Shown here: one piece after another, positions 8,701 to 16,731 of the stretch
Numbering within the stretch: the first letter of the stretch is position 1
Layout of the letters: every line of letters begins with the position of its first letter
DNA from: a virus
Taxonomy: Duplodnaviria; Caudoviricetes
Virus record (IMG/VR): IMGVR_UViG_3300020204_000082
Location: 1-55,675 of that record
Direction: 5' to 3' (one strand)
Length of the DNA stretch: 55,675 nt
Program-made: the position numbers and the translations under genes
Notes under the pieces: generated by a model
What the model saw: the letters and a program-made list of their open reading frames with translations, nothing else
Databases searched by the model: none
Told to the model about the DNA's origin: nothing

Positions 8701-8734
8701 TACAAATATACAAAAGAAATCCGATATTTCCAAA
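8701..8734 (-). promoter_or_regulatory. Bacteroidota-type early promoter
   Basis: Sense TTTGGAAATATCGGATTTCTTTTG-TATATTTG-TA matches TTTG...TAnnTTTG exactly. Confidence 0.75.
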
Positions 8735-9211
8735 TTATACCATAGGAAATCCGGCGCGAGAATTGGTGGTTGAAGGTAATGGGTTAGAATTTTTAGCTAC
8801 CAACCCAGCAACCAATGCATCATGCGATGCCCCTTTAGGTTGCTTAACGATTACACCATTATAATTGTTGTATTGTGGTGCGGATGAACTCCAACCCTTT
8901 GAGTGATTACTGAAAGCCCTCCGACCGTAATTAACAGCAACCATTGGTGATACCTGCCCAATACTATCCCATCCACTTTCCCATTTTTTGAGTTGGGTTT
9001 TTTCCTTAAAGGTAATACTATCTTCGGTAAATCCGGCTACCATTTTAATAGGTGCTTTACGGAAAATGTTTTTACGCTCCTCACGATTTACCTCAATAAA
9101 CAATAATGAGCGGACTTTTACCCTACAAACCTTTAGGTTCATAGTGTAATCCTTACCATTGACTGGGATGGTCACTGCGACAACTTTACCTTCCAAACTT
9201 TGTAGTTCCAT
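8735..9211 (-). CDS. Hypothetical protein (early accessory gene)
   Basis: 158-aa ORF downstream of the repeated promoter cassette. Confidence 0.7.
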   Translation of the reverse strand: MELQSLEGKVVAVTIPVNGKDYTMNLKVCRVKVRSLLFIEVNREERKNIFRKAPIKMVAGFTEDSITFKEKTQLKKWESGWDSIGQVSPMVAVNYGRRAFSNHSKGWSSSAPQYNNYNGVIVKQPKGASHDALVAGLVAKNSNPLPSTTNSRAGFPMV

Positions 9212-9228
9212 AATATAAGGGGTTTTTT

Positions 9229-9338
9229 TAACTTACATAGTAAAGATACGAAAGAAACCCCATATTTCCAAGCCTTTTATATTAAATTTAGGTTAAATTT
9301 ATCCACATTTTTACCCAAAAGTGTCCAATTTATTGGAC
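9229..9338 (-). repeat. About 110-bp hairpin plus promoter cassette, copy 1 (copy 2 at 24604-24726)
   Basis: aacttaca.agtaaagatacgaaagaaacccca.atttccaagccttttatattaaatttaggttaaatttatccacatttt is shared, followed by a gtgtccaattta.tggac hairpin. Confidence 0.9.
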
Positions 9339-9340
9339 GG

Positions 9341-10144
9341 TCACCAAAAGTGTGTCTCTATACTCTCTTCTGGTAGATATGTTAGATGATGTTCAATGGG
9401 GTAATCATATGCAGCAACCTCCGTTGGATACGGAAATTCTTCGTGCTTCATTCGTTTTAGCATATCTCGCCGTTCCCTCTTGTTTTGAGCAAGTATTTGT
9501 ATATATCGGTGTTTTTCGGGCTCACGCCTTCTCCAAAATTCCTTATACCCGCTTTTACCAATTTCTCGTTTTAAGTGGTCTAAATTATTACTACCCCACT
9601 TACTGAATACTGTTCTACTATGTATCCACTTATATGGGTTTTCTGTCAAAGATATCCCGTAGTTCGGCATCAAAGCAAGGTCGCTAGAAATTCCCTCGTA
9701 TCGCCAATTAGTTGCCTTATAAATACCACCCAAATGCCCCATACCGTTATCAGCATAAGATATTAATAGTTTGATTTCCTTATCATTTTCTCTGAACCAT
9801 TTGAATGTTTGCCCAATAGCATAACTTTCAATGTTTGAACCATACCCGTCATGCACAAATAATCGGGTCAACTCTAATGCATTATCTTTGGATAACCCCT
9901 CACAAATTGAGGTTGCTGCTTTCGCACCGACCGGAAATCCGTAGATTGCGCATCCTATCAACTTTTCTGAATTACCGAATACATCGTTTTCATCACCCCT
10001 ATAAAATATCCCGAAAGCATATCGGCACATTGTCCATGCGTGAGTGTAGTGATAGGTTACAATAATATCCTTTGCTATTGATTTAGCAATTGGATGTACC
10101 CTAACACGGGTTACATCACAGTATTCCTTACCTTCAATTTTCAT
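9341..10144 (-). CDS. Mom-family DNA-modification GNAT protein (paralogue 3)
   Basis: YHY, LIGCAIYG, ALELTRLFV, NIESYAI, LISYAD..GHLGGIYKATNW.YEG, KHRY. Confidence 0.8.
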   Translation of the reverse strand: MKIEGKEYCDVTRVRVHPIAKSIAKDIIVTYHYTHAWTMCRYAFGIFYRGDENDVFGNSEKLIGCAIYGFPVGAKAATSICEGLSKDNALELTRLFVHDGYGSNIESYAIGQTFKWFRENDKEIKLLISYADNGMGHLGGIYKATNWRYEGISSDLALMPNYGISLTENPYKWIHSRTVFSKWGSNNLDHLKREIGKSGYKEFWRRREPEKHRYIQILAQNKRERRDMLKRMKHEEFPYPTEVAAYDYPIEHHLTYLPEESIETHFW

Positions 10145-10152
10145 TTGATATA
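10115..10152. repeat. 38-bp perfect direct repeat (copy at 10812-10849) flanking Mom paralogue 2
   Basis: atcacagtattccttaccttcaattttcatttgatata at both sites. Confidence 0.95.
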
Positions 10153-10841
10153 ATTGGATGTTTTAATTGTTTGATTATCTTCTTTTTTTCTGTTTTTGAA
10201 CAAGTAAAATATAAATATCTATGCTTTCTTTCTATTGGTTTATATTCTATTTCAGGATATATTTTTAATACATCTCCCAATCCACATACACCTATTTTAT
10301 TGTTCATAGCACGAGGTGATAACCATTGTTCATTGTTAGTAAACCGATATTGATACATTGTTCCGCTGTGCGATACTTCATTTCCTTGATATAACCAATT
10401 AGTTGCTCTATATACCAACCCTATATGGTTTTCGGTTGGGTCTGCATATGATATTAACACTTTAATGTTTGGATGGTTTTTCTTTATATATTTAATACTT
10501 TGTGATATTGAATATGATTCTATATTAGAACCCAATCCATCCTCAACCCATAATCGTTTAAGTTCCCAAACCGCATCAAAATCTAATATGGGCGATATTG
10601 ATTTTACACCATGCCGCGCAACAGGAGAACCATAAATAATACACCCAACCAATCTATCAGATACAATATCAAAAAATGAATGTAAATCAGTTCCCTTTTC
10701 ATATATGCCCAAAATTAAAGAAGCCCCTGTCCACCTACCAGCGTAATGTTTATTTACAATAATATCATAAACAATTTCTTTATTTGTGGGTTTTAGGTAA
10801 TATTTAGAAATATCACAGTATTCCTTACCTTCAATTTTCAT
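10134..10841 (-). CDS. Mom-family DNA-modification GNAT protein (paralogue 2)
   Basis: KHY, LVGCIIYG, WELKRLWV, NIESYSI, LISYADP..HIGLVYRATNWLYQG, KHRY. Confidence 0.8.
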   Translation of the reverse strand: MKIEGKEYCDISKYYLKPTNKEIVYDIIVNKHYAGRWTGASLILGIYEKGTDLHSFFDIVSDRLVGCIIYGSPVARHGVKSISPILDFDAVWELKRLWVEDGLGSNIESYSISQSIKYIKKNHPNIKVLISYADPTENHIGLVYRATNWLYQGNEVSHSGTMYQYRFTNNEQWLSPRAMNNKIGVCGLGDVLKIYPEIEYKPIERKHRYLYFTCSKTEKKKIIKQLKHPIISNEN

Positions 10842-10849
10842 TTGATATA
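10812..10849. repeat. 38-bp perfect direct repeat, second copy
   Basis: Identical to 10115-10152. Confidence 0.95.
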
Positions 10850-11592
10850 GGTTCTAATTTGTGTATCTCTTCCGCAATAATTTCACTTACCTTTGGATAA
10901 GGTTGTAGGGGATGTTTTATACTATTCAATATTTTCTTTCTATTCTTTTTATCCAATATGTAAAAGTATCTATGTTTTTTTGGTTCTCGCCGAATCCAAA
11001 ATGGTTTTGTAATTACTTTTTGTATTTGCTTTGGGTCATTCGTTCCATACCTAACAAACGATGTTCTACTATGAAACCAATCACCATCCTCATCCCACTT
11101 AAAACTCCAACTATCAGTCCATCGTAGGTTATTACCCTGATACAACCAATTGGTAGATTGATACACCGTTCCTAAATGCCCTTCTTTCGGGTCTGAATAT
11201 GATATAAGTGCTCTAATATGTGGTGCGTTTTTCTTTAACCAATCAAATGTCTGAGAAACAAACCAACTTTCAATATTACACCCATACCCATCTTCAATCC
11301 ATAAGCGGGTCAACTCCAGCACCTCCGTCCGTTCTAAAAGTTCGGATATGGAGGTGCCGGAATTTCTACCCACTGGGTCACCATAACAGGCAACCCCCAC
11401 CAACTTTTCATTAACCCCACCGAAAAATTGATGTTCCCCCTCATCTAAATAAAATAACCCAATCGAATAACTAACTTTTGTCCATAGGTGGCTGTAGTGA
11501 TTTTTTATAATCATCTCCTTTGCCACCGATTTACTAATTAACCTTACACAGAATTTAGATACATCTGAATAGTTTTTACCCTCTACTTTCAT
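10831..11592 (-). CDS. Mom-family DNA-modification GNAT protein (paralogue 1)
   Basis: NHYSH, LVGVACYG, LELTRLWI, NIESWFVS, LISYSDP.EGHLGTVYQSTNWLYQG, KHRY. Confidence 0.8.
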   Translation of the reverse strand: MKVEGKNYSDVSKFCVRLISKSVAKEMIIKNHYSHLWTKVSYSIGLFYLDEGEHQFFGGVNEKLVGVACYGDPVGRNSGTSISELLERTEVLELTRLWIEDGYGCNIESWFVSQTFDWLKKNAPHIRALISYSDPKEGHLGTVYQSTNWLYQGNNLRWTDSWSFKWDEDGDWFHSRTSFVRYGTNDPKQIQKVITKPFWIRREPKKHRYFYILDKKNRKKILNSIKHPLQPYPKVSEIIAEEIHKLEPISNEN

Positions 11593-11791
11593 ATGGCCAT
11601 GTTAGTATATGTTTCCAAGTATAACCTTTAACGATTTTACGAATGTTAGCAGGTGAAACGCCATTGTTTCTTGCAAGGACTTTAATGTTCCTATGCCCAA
11701 CACTCCACAACTCACGAATTGATTTTACCTGTCCCTCCGTAAGTTTGTGTTTTGGATGTGATTCACCGCACAACATATTAAATCTCCTCAT
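11576..11791 (-). CDS. Small helix-turn-helix protein resembling the DNA-binding tail of phage HNH endonucleases
   Basis: GESHPKHKLTEGQVKSIR...LARNNGVSPANIRKIVKGYTWKHI; no nuclease domain. Confidence 0.65.
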   Translation of the reverse strand: MRRFNMLCGESHPKHKLTEGQVKSIRELWSVGHRNIKVLARNNGVSPANIRKIVKGYTWKHILTWPYESRG

Positions 11792-12212
11792 TAAAAATAA
11801 TTTCGGATTGTAACCTTTCTGATTCCCAAAATCTATGGACTATCTTTCCAATATCAGGTTTTCTATAATTTGGGCCCTTTAAGATTTTACCATCTTCTCT
11901 GTAAATAGGATTACCATTTTCATCTAACTTTGACATATTTGAACTATGAACCTCATCAAATACATCTTCTATAATATCACCCATCCCATGCTGAAGAATT
12001 GTTCCTAATAAGATATACAATTGGTCTGCGAGAGCATCTGCAATACCAGCCGGGTCATCGTTTTGGTTTGCTTCCCTATACTCATTTAATTCTTCCACCC
12101 CCAACTTATACCTCAAATCACAAATTTCATCTGATTGAGCTGTTGGACTTTTGTAATACTTTTGATGATATACCTCGTGAAATTGCTTCACCTGTTCTAA
12201 TTGCTTTTTCAT
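11778..12212 (-). CDS. MazG-like nucleotide pyrophosphohydrolase (all-alpha NTP-PPase)
   Basis: EELNEY..A...IADALAD.LY..G...FDEVHSSNMSKL.....REDGKILKGPNY; likely ATG at 12212. Confidence 0.85.
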   Translation of the reverse strand: MKKQLEQVKQFHEVYHQKYYKSPTAQSDEICDLRYKLGVEELNEYREANQNDDPAGIADALADQLYILLGTILQHGMGDIIEDVFDEVHSSNMSKLDENGNPIYREDGKILKGPNYRKPDIGKIVHRFWESERLQSEIIFNEEI

Positions 12213-12217
12213 AACTA

Positions 12218-12251
12218 TACAAATATACAAAATAATTTTTAAAGTGCCAAA
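12218..12251 (-). promoter_or_regulatory. Bacteroidota-type early promoter driving the MazG-HTH-Mom operon
   Basis: Sense TTTGGCACTTTAAAAATTATTTTG-TATATTTG-TA. Confidence 0.7.
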
Positions 12252-12475
12252 TATTCTCCTAAAGATTTTATTCCGATAATCCTTTTGAACTCCGAACCAT
12301 CTTTCATTAAAATTACAGTTGGAACGCTTCTAATTCCATAGGAGTTTGCTAATTCGGATTCCGAATCTACATCAATCTTTTTTACAGGTATAGTTTTAGA
12401 TACCTCTTCCATAATAGGAGCTAATTGTTTACACGGTGCGCACCACTTTGCGCTAAAATACCAATATTCTACCAT
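12239..12475 (-). CDS. trxA: Thioredoxin
   Basis: WCAPC active site and cis-Pro SVPT; adjacent to nrdA. Confidence 0.92.
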   Translation of the reverse strand: MVEYWYFSAKWCAPCKQLAPIMEEVSKTIPVKKIDVDSESELANSYGIRSVPTVILMKDGSEFKRIIGIKSLGEYLAL

Positions 12476-12495
12476 TTTTAATCCTTTTTAATTTA

Positions 12496-14289
12496 TTAAC
12501 CATCACAACTTATACAATCGGGGTCAGTTGCTTTTGCTGCAATATCACCCCTTAATACCGATTCGGTTCTCATATAATATAAGGTTTTAATCCCTTCTTT
12601 CCAAGCTTCCAAATGAACTTGATTTATCCATTTTGGAGGCGCTTGAGATGGAAACGCAAGATTTAGAGATACGGCTTGGTCAATATATTGTTGCCTAATC
12701 CCAGCTTGCTTTATTAATTCTAATTGATTGATTTCTTTGAATGTTTTATATACATCTTTTACCCAATCAATTTCTTTATTTTGGATTGCTGTTTCGGGAA
12801 TCTCCTGAATGTTCATTAGTTTATTTCCCAAAAATCCCCACTTTTCCAATTCATCAATCCCTTGAACCGAACCACCATCTTCTAAAATCTTATCCCAAGT
12901 TTCCTTATTGTTAATTCCAATCTTACGAAGAACCTTTTCTAACTCCGGGTTTTTACGAATGAATGTTCCCTTCGCCGTTTGCTCCGTAAACACATTCGCT
13001 GCCCAAGGTTCAATACCTGGTGAGATATTACCACTCAACTTTGAGTTGGATACCGTTGGTGCAATTGCCCTCAAATGAGTGTTTCGCATTTCAGTTCCAA
13101 CACACCATAAGGGTTCACCATATTCTTTTGCTAAATCCCTACTTGCTCTTTCACTTTCAATCTTTATTTGTGAGAATATCTTCCTCGTTTCAAATTGAGC
13201 AGGTAATCCTTCAAATGAAATACCCCTTTGTTGTAAGTAAGTATGCCACCCAAGAACACCCAAGCCCAATGCTCTCCCTTTTTCAGCAGAACGAACTGAG
13301 TTTTCAAATCCCCTCATATTCTTTGCTTTCTGAATGAACTCTTCTAATACTCCATCCAAAAACCAGATAGCAGTATAAATCAAATCAGTATCTTTCCACT
13401 CATCGTACTTTGCAAGATTGAGTGATGATAAACAACATACAAACGAATGTGATTCATCGGTGTGTAAAGCGATTTCAGAACAAATATTGGTCATAAACAC
13501 TTTTAACCCATTCTTTCTATACGCTTCTGGGTTTTGTTTGTTTACATTTCCCTTATACATAATATAAGGTTCACCCGTTGCTTTTCTCTTCTGCAATAAC
13601 TTACTCCACTTTCTTCTTGCTTCTTCATCACCATCTTCTAATTTACGCATGAACTTATCACCAACAATTGCGCATTGGTGAAGATTAAGCGACTGGCGAT
13701 TAACATCCCCCTTTGGTTCTCTAATTTCCAACCAATCTTCAAAATCTTTATGCTCAATATTCAAATTAACGGATGCTGCCCCCCTACGAACCGCTCCCTG
13801 ATTTGTTGCAAGGATTGTAGAATCAAATATCTTACAAAATGGAACAATACCATCCGATGTCCCATTTCCGGTGATTTTACTCCCCGCAGGTCTTATCATA
13901 TTGATACCAATACCAACACCACCACCATGCTTCGCAAGTAACATCATCTCCAAATTCTTCTGCCCAATTTCTTGGATAGAATCACCCACATCAATACCAA
14001 AGCAGGAAATAGGTAATCCCCTATCCGTTCCTGTGTTTGATAAGACGGGTGTAGCAAGGTTTAACCAACCACGCCATATATAATCAAAAAACTTGGAAGC
14101 AAGTTGTGGTTTATCCAATCTTCGTGCTACCGCAGTACATACCCGCCAATACGCATCTTTGGGTTTCTCTCCTGCTAAAACATACCCCTTTGATATTGTT
14201 TTTAGGTAAACTTCAGTATGACCCCATGAAGGGTAATCAACTTCTTTTTCCCAACCTAATTCTTCTGCTATTCTATCTGCCGTATTCAT
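12496..14289 (-). CDS. nrdA: Class I ribonucleotide reductase alpha subunit (no ATP cone)
   Basis: ATPVLSN, PISCF, GGGVG, TNICSEI, VCCLSSLN, APTVSNS, KTLYY, C-terminal CISC. Confidence 0.95.
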   Translation of the reverse strand: MNTADRIAEELGWEKEVDYPSWGHTEVYLKTISKGYVLAGEKPKDAYWRVCTAVARRLDKPQLASKFFDYIWRGWLNLATPVLSNTGTDRGLPISCFGIDVGDSIQEIGQKNLEMMLLAKHGGGVGIGINMIRPAGSKITGNGTSDGIVPFCKIFDSTILATNQGAVRRGAASVNLNIEHKDFEDWLEIREPKGDVNRQSLNLHQCAIVGDKFMRKLEDGDEEARRKWSKLLQKRKATGEPYIMYKGNVNKQNPEAYRKNGLKVFMTNICSEIALHTDESHSFVCCLSSLNLAKYDEWKDTDLIYTAIWFLDGVLEEFIQKAKNMRGFENSVRSAEKGRALGLGVLGWHTYLQQRGISFEGLPAQFETRKIFSQIKIESERASRDLAKEYGEPLWCVGTEMRNTHLRAIAPTVSNSKLSGNISPGIEPWAANVFTEQTAKGTFIRKNPELEKVLRKIGINNKETWDKILEDGGSVQGIDELEKWGFLGNKLMNIQEIPETAIQNKEIDWVKDVYKTFKEINQLELIKQAGIRQQYIDQAVSLNLAFPSQAPPKWINQVHLEAWKEGIKTLYYMRTESVLRGDIAAKATDPDCISCDG

Positions 14290-14301
14290 CGTATCCTTAA
14301 A

Positions 14302-15294
14302 TTAAAATATATCTCCCCAATCTTCCCCCTCACCTGCTTTGCTGTAATCAGTAGGTCTTATAGCAAAGAAATCAGTATGGGTTACACCCCCCGTAAGGTG
14401 ATAAAACCATTCTAAATTACTTGCACTAACTTTATCGTATTCAAAGATACCTTCATAACCCAATTCTGCCAATTTTTCATTACCCCTCTGCTTTATAAAC
14501 TCTTTTAAATTTTCTGCTTTTAGATTTTCTAAATTTCCCATCTCAAACATCTTATCAATAAATTTGAGCTCCATCTCCACCATCAACCTTGCCGCAATTT
14601 CTATATCGTTTTTTACCTCACCCAATAAGTTAGGATATTCTTCGCACATATGTCTGAATAATTTACATCCCATTTTTGAGTGTAATGATTCATCCCTTAC
14701 CGACCATTTCATTTGCTGCCCAATCCCTTTAAGTAAATTTCTCATTTGAAACGAATAAAGAACTGCGAATGATGAATATAAAGATACTCCCTCTGCAAAC
14801 GCAGAAAAGATTGCCAAACTACGGCCTACCTCTGCCCTCGCTTTTGGATTTGTTCGTAGCTCTTCAGGTGTCCAATCTGCTGATACTTGTGTTAGGAATT
14901 CAAATTTTTCTTTGATTTCCGGCTCATACATAAATGCAGCAAAATCTTCTAAACCCAATGTTTCGTTAAGATATGAATAGGCGGTTGCGTGGATTGTTTC
15001 TTGTGAACCAAACGCCATAGCCATCTGCCGTATCTCATGTTTTGGAAACCATTTTGTAACCATCCCCGTCCAATAATCAGAAACAGCGCATTCGGTTTGA
15101 GCAAATCCCAATAGGATGTTACCTACCAAGTTTTTTTCATGCTTCTTTAAGTTTTCTTTCCAATCTTTGACATCCCCCTGCATTGGTATTTCGGTATGTA
15201 ACCAAAAAGCCTGCATTTGTGGAAGCCACCCATCATTGTAATATTCGGGGTATTCAAATGGTTTAAACGGTATTCTCTCTTCAAATAATCCCAT
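14302..15294 (-). CDS. nrdB: Class I ribonucleotide reductase beta subunit
   Basis: FWLHTEI, QETIHATAY, EGVSLYSSF, RDESLH di-metal motifs. Confidence 0.95.
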   Translation of the reverse strand: MGLFEERIPFKPFEYPEYYNDGWLPQMQAFWLHTEIPMQGDVKDWKENLKKHEKNLVGNILLGFAQTECAVSDYWTGMVTKWFPKHEIRQMAMAFGSQETIHATAYSYLNETLGLEDFAAFMYEPEIKEKFEFLTQVSADWTPEELRTNPKARAEVGRSLAIFSAFAEGVSLYSSFAVLYSFQMRNLLKGIGQQMKWSVRDESLHSKMGCKLFRHMCEEYPNLLGEVKNDIEIAARLMVEMELKFIDKMFEMGNLENLKAENLKEFIKQRGNEKLAELGYEGIFEYDKVSASNLEWFYHLTGGVTHTDFFAIRPTDYSKAGEGEDWGDIF

Positions 15295-15323
15295 AATAAT
15301 CTCCTAAAAATTTTGTGTGTAAA

Positions 15324-15331
15324 TATAAATA
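15324..15331 (-). promoter_or_regulatory. Putative late promoter motif TATTTATA upstream of nrdB
   Basis: Same motif recurs upstream of about 15 genes in the window. Confidence 0.5.
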
Positions 15332-15335
15332 CATT

Positions 15336-16694
15336 TTAAAACCCAATATCACCTTTCATATCTTTGTATTTTTGTAATAAATTTTTTCTTACCAAAGTTC
15401 CCCCATCTTTCATCTCTTTTTGAGTGTTTTGACCATCTACTGAATTATCATTGTATATCAAAATTTGCCCATTTGAGAAATTAGCTTTTGAAGGGAATGT
15501 CATTCCATCGGGCCCAAATCGGTTTTTAATAACATGCCATCTCCCCGTCCCCGCTAACTTATCATCAATTTTTCTACTCAATGAAACTACAAAATCAGCA
15601 GTCATCAATTTTGAAAAAGAACCTGCAATTGATGTTCCGGTAATTACATCTTGCTCCGCCCCTCCACGATTAATCTGCGACGCGGTATATAATGGAACAC
15701 TATACTCCCCAGCCATACCCCTTAAATCTACTATCAACTCTTCTAAAACCTCATATCTTTTTTCTTTAGCAGAACCCTTTAACAAATCAGCATAATCAAC
15801 CACAATTACATCGGGTTTCTTACCCTGCAATATCATCCTATCTATGTGGGCTTTTAAGGTATTCAAACCAGCAGTACCTGAATTAAACCCTTTAATAATC
15901 AAATCACCTCGCAAAGAACCTACTACCCTCTCAACCTCTTCCATATTGTATTTTAGGTTTGGTATAGGTATCCCCGTAAAAACGGAATCAAACCTTTGAC
16001 CTATCATTGCTTCTGAAAGTTCTAATGTATAATACACCACAACCTTACCATTCTTAACAGCGTTTGATGCAACATTAACCAATGACCAGGATTTACCAAT
16101 GCCAGGCGGTGCTGCAAATATTATTAACTCCCCTGTTCCAAATCCACCCTGTACAATTTCATCTATAACATCCCACCCCGTAGGTATTGGATTTCTTACT
16201 AAATCATCATACCTTTGATTTACCATTGTTTTATACTCATGCCCAACATCCGTTGGTTGACCTGCTTTCATAGCAGTATCAATGGTTGATTTTATCTTAT
16301 CATACTTACCCTGCTCTAAAAGTGGGATTGAATCTAAGATAGCCTGTTTAAGTGATTGATTGGTGCAAAAGTTTAAGGTTTCTTCTTTTACATAATCCAA
16401 ATCATCCGATTCTAAATCCCGCCAAACCTGCTTTAAGGTATCTATCACCGATGTTTTCAAGATATCCCTCTCAATGGGGCTTATCTTCGTTTTAAGGACA
16501 TCTAATGTTGGTTTGGATTCGTATGTATCTATGTACTCTAAAATCGTTTTACACAACCATTCTGATGCTTCTGAGTCAAAATATTGTGGCTTTAATATAT
16601 CATATATCTGCCTACTAAAAAGCATATCCGATAAAAGAGCGGATAAGATTTTAGTTTGAAACCCCGTTCCAAATTTACTTCCAAATTTTTCCAT
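15336..16694 (-). CDS. dnaB: Replicative helicase (DnaB/T4 gp41-like)
   Basis: Walker A APPGIGKS, YTLELS, VVDYADLL, TASQINR, KNRFG. Confidence 0.92.
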   Translation of the reverse strand: MEKFGSKFGTGFQTKILSALLSDMLFSRQIYDILKPQYFDSEASEWLCKTILEYIDTYESKPTLDVLKTKISPIERDILKTSVIDTLKQVWRDLESDDLDYVKEETLNFCTNQSLKQAILDSIPLLEQGKYDKIKSTIDTAMKAGQPTDVGHEYKTMVNQRYDDLVRNPIPTGWDVIDEIVQGGFGTGELIIFAAPPGIGKSWSLVNVASNAVKNGKVVVYYTLELSEAMIGQRFDSVFTGIPIPNLKYNMEEVERVVGSLRGDLIIKGFNSGTAGLNTLKAHIDRMILQGKKPDVIVVDYADLLKGSAKEKRYEVLEELIVDLRGMAGEYSVPLYTASQINRGGAEQDVITGTSIAGSFSKLMTADFVVSLSRKIDDKLAGTGRWHVIKNRFGPDGMTFPSKANFSNGQILIYNDNSVDGQNTQKEMKDGGTLVRKNLLQKYKDMKGDIGF

Positions 16695-16698
16695 ATGA

Positions 16699-16731
16699 TA
16701 CTAATATACAACCTTAATTGGTTTTTTCAAA
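16699..16731 (-). promoter_or_regulatory. Early-type promoter upstream of the helicase
   Basis: Sense TTTGAAAAAACCAATTAAGGTTG-TATATTAG. Confidence 0.55.
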
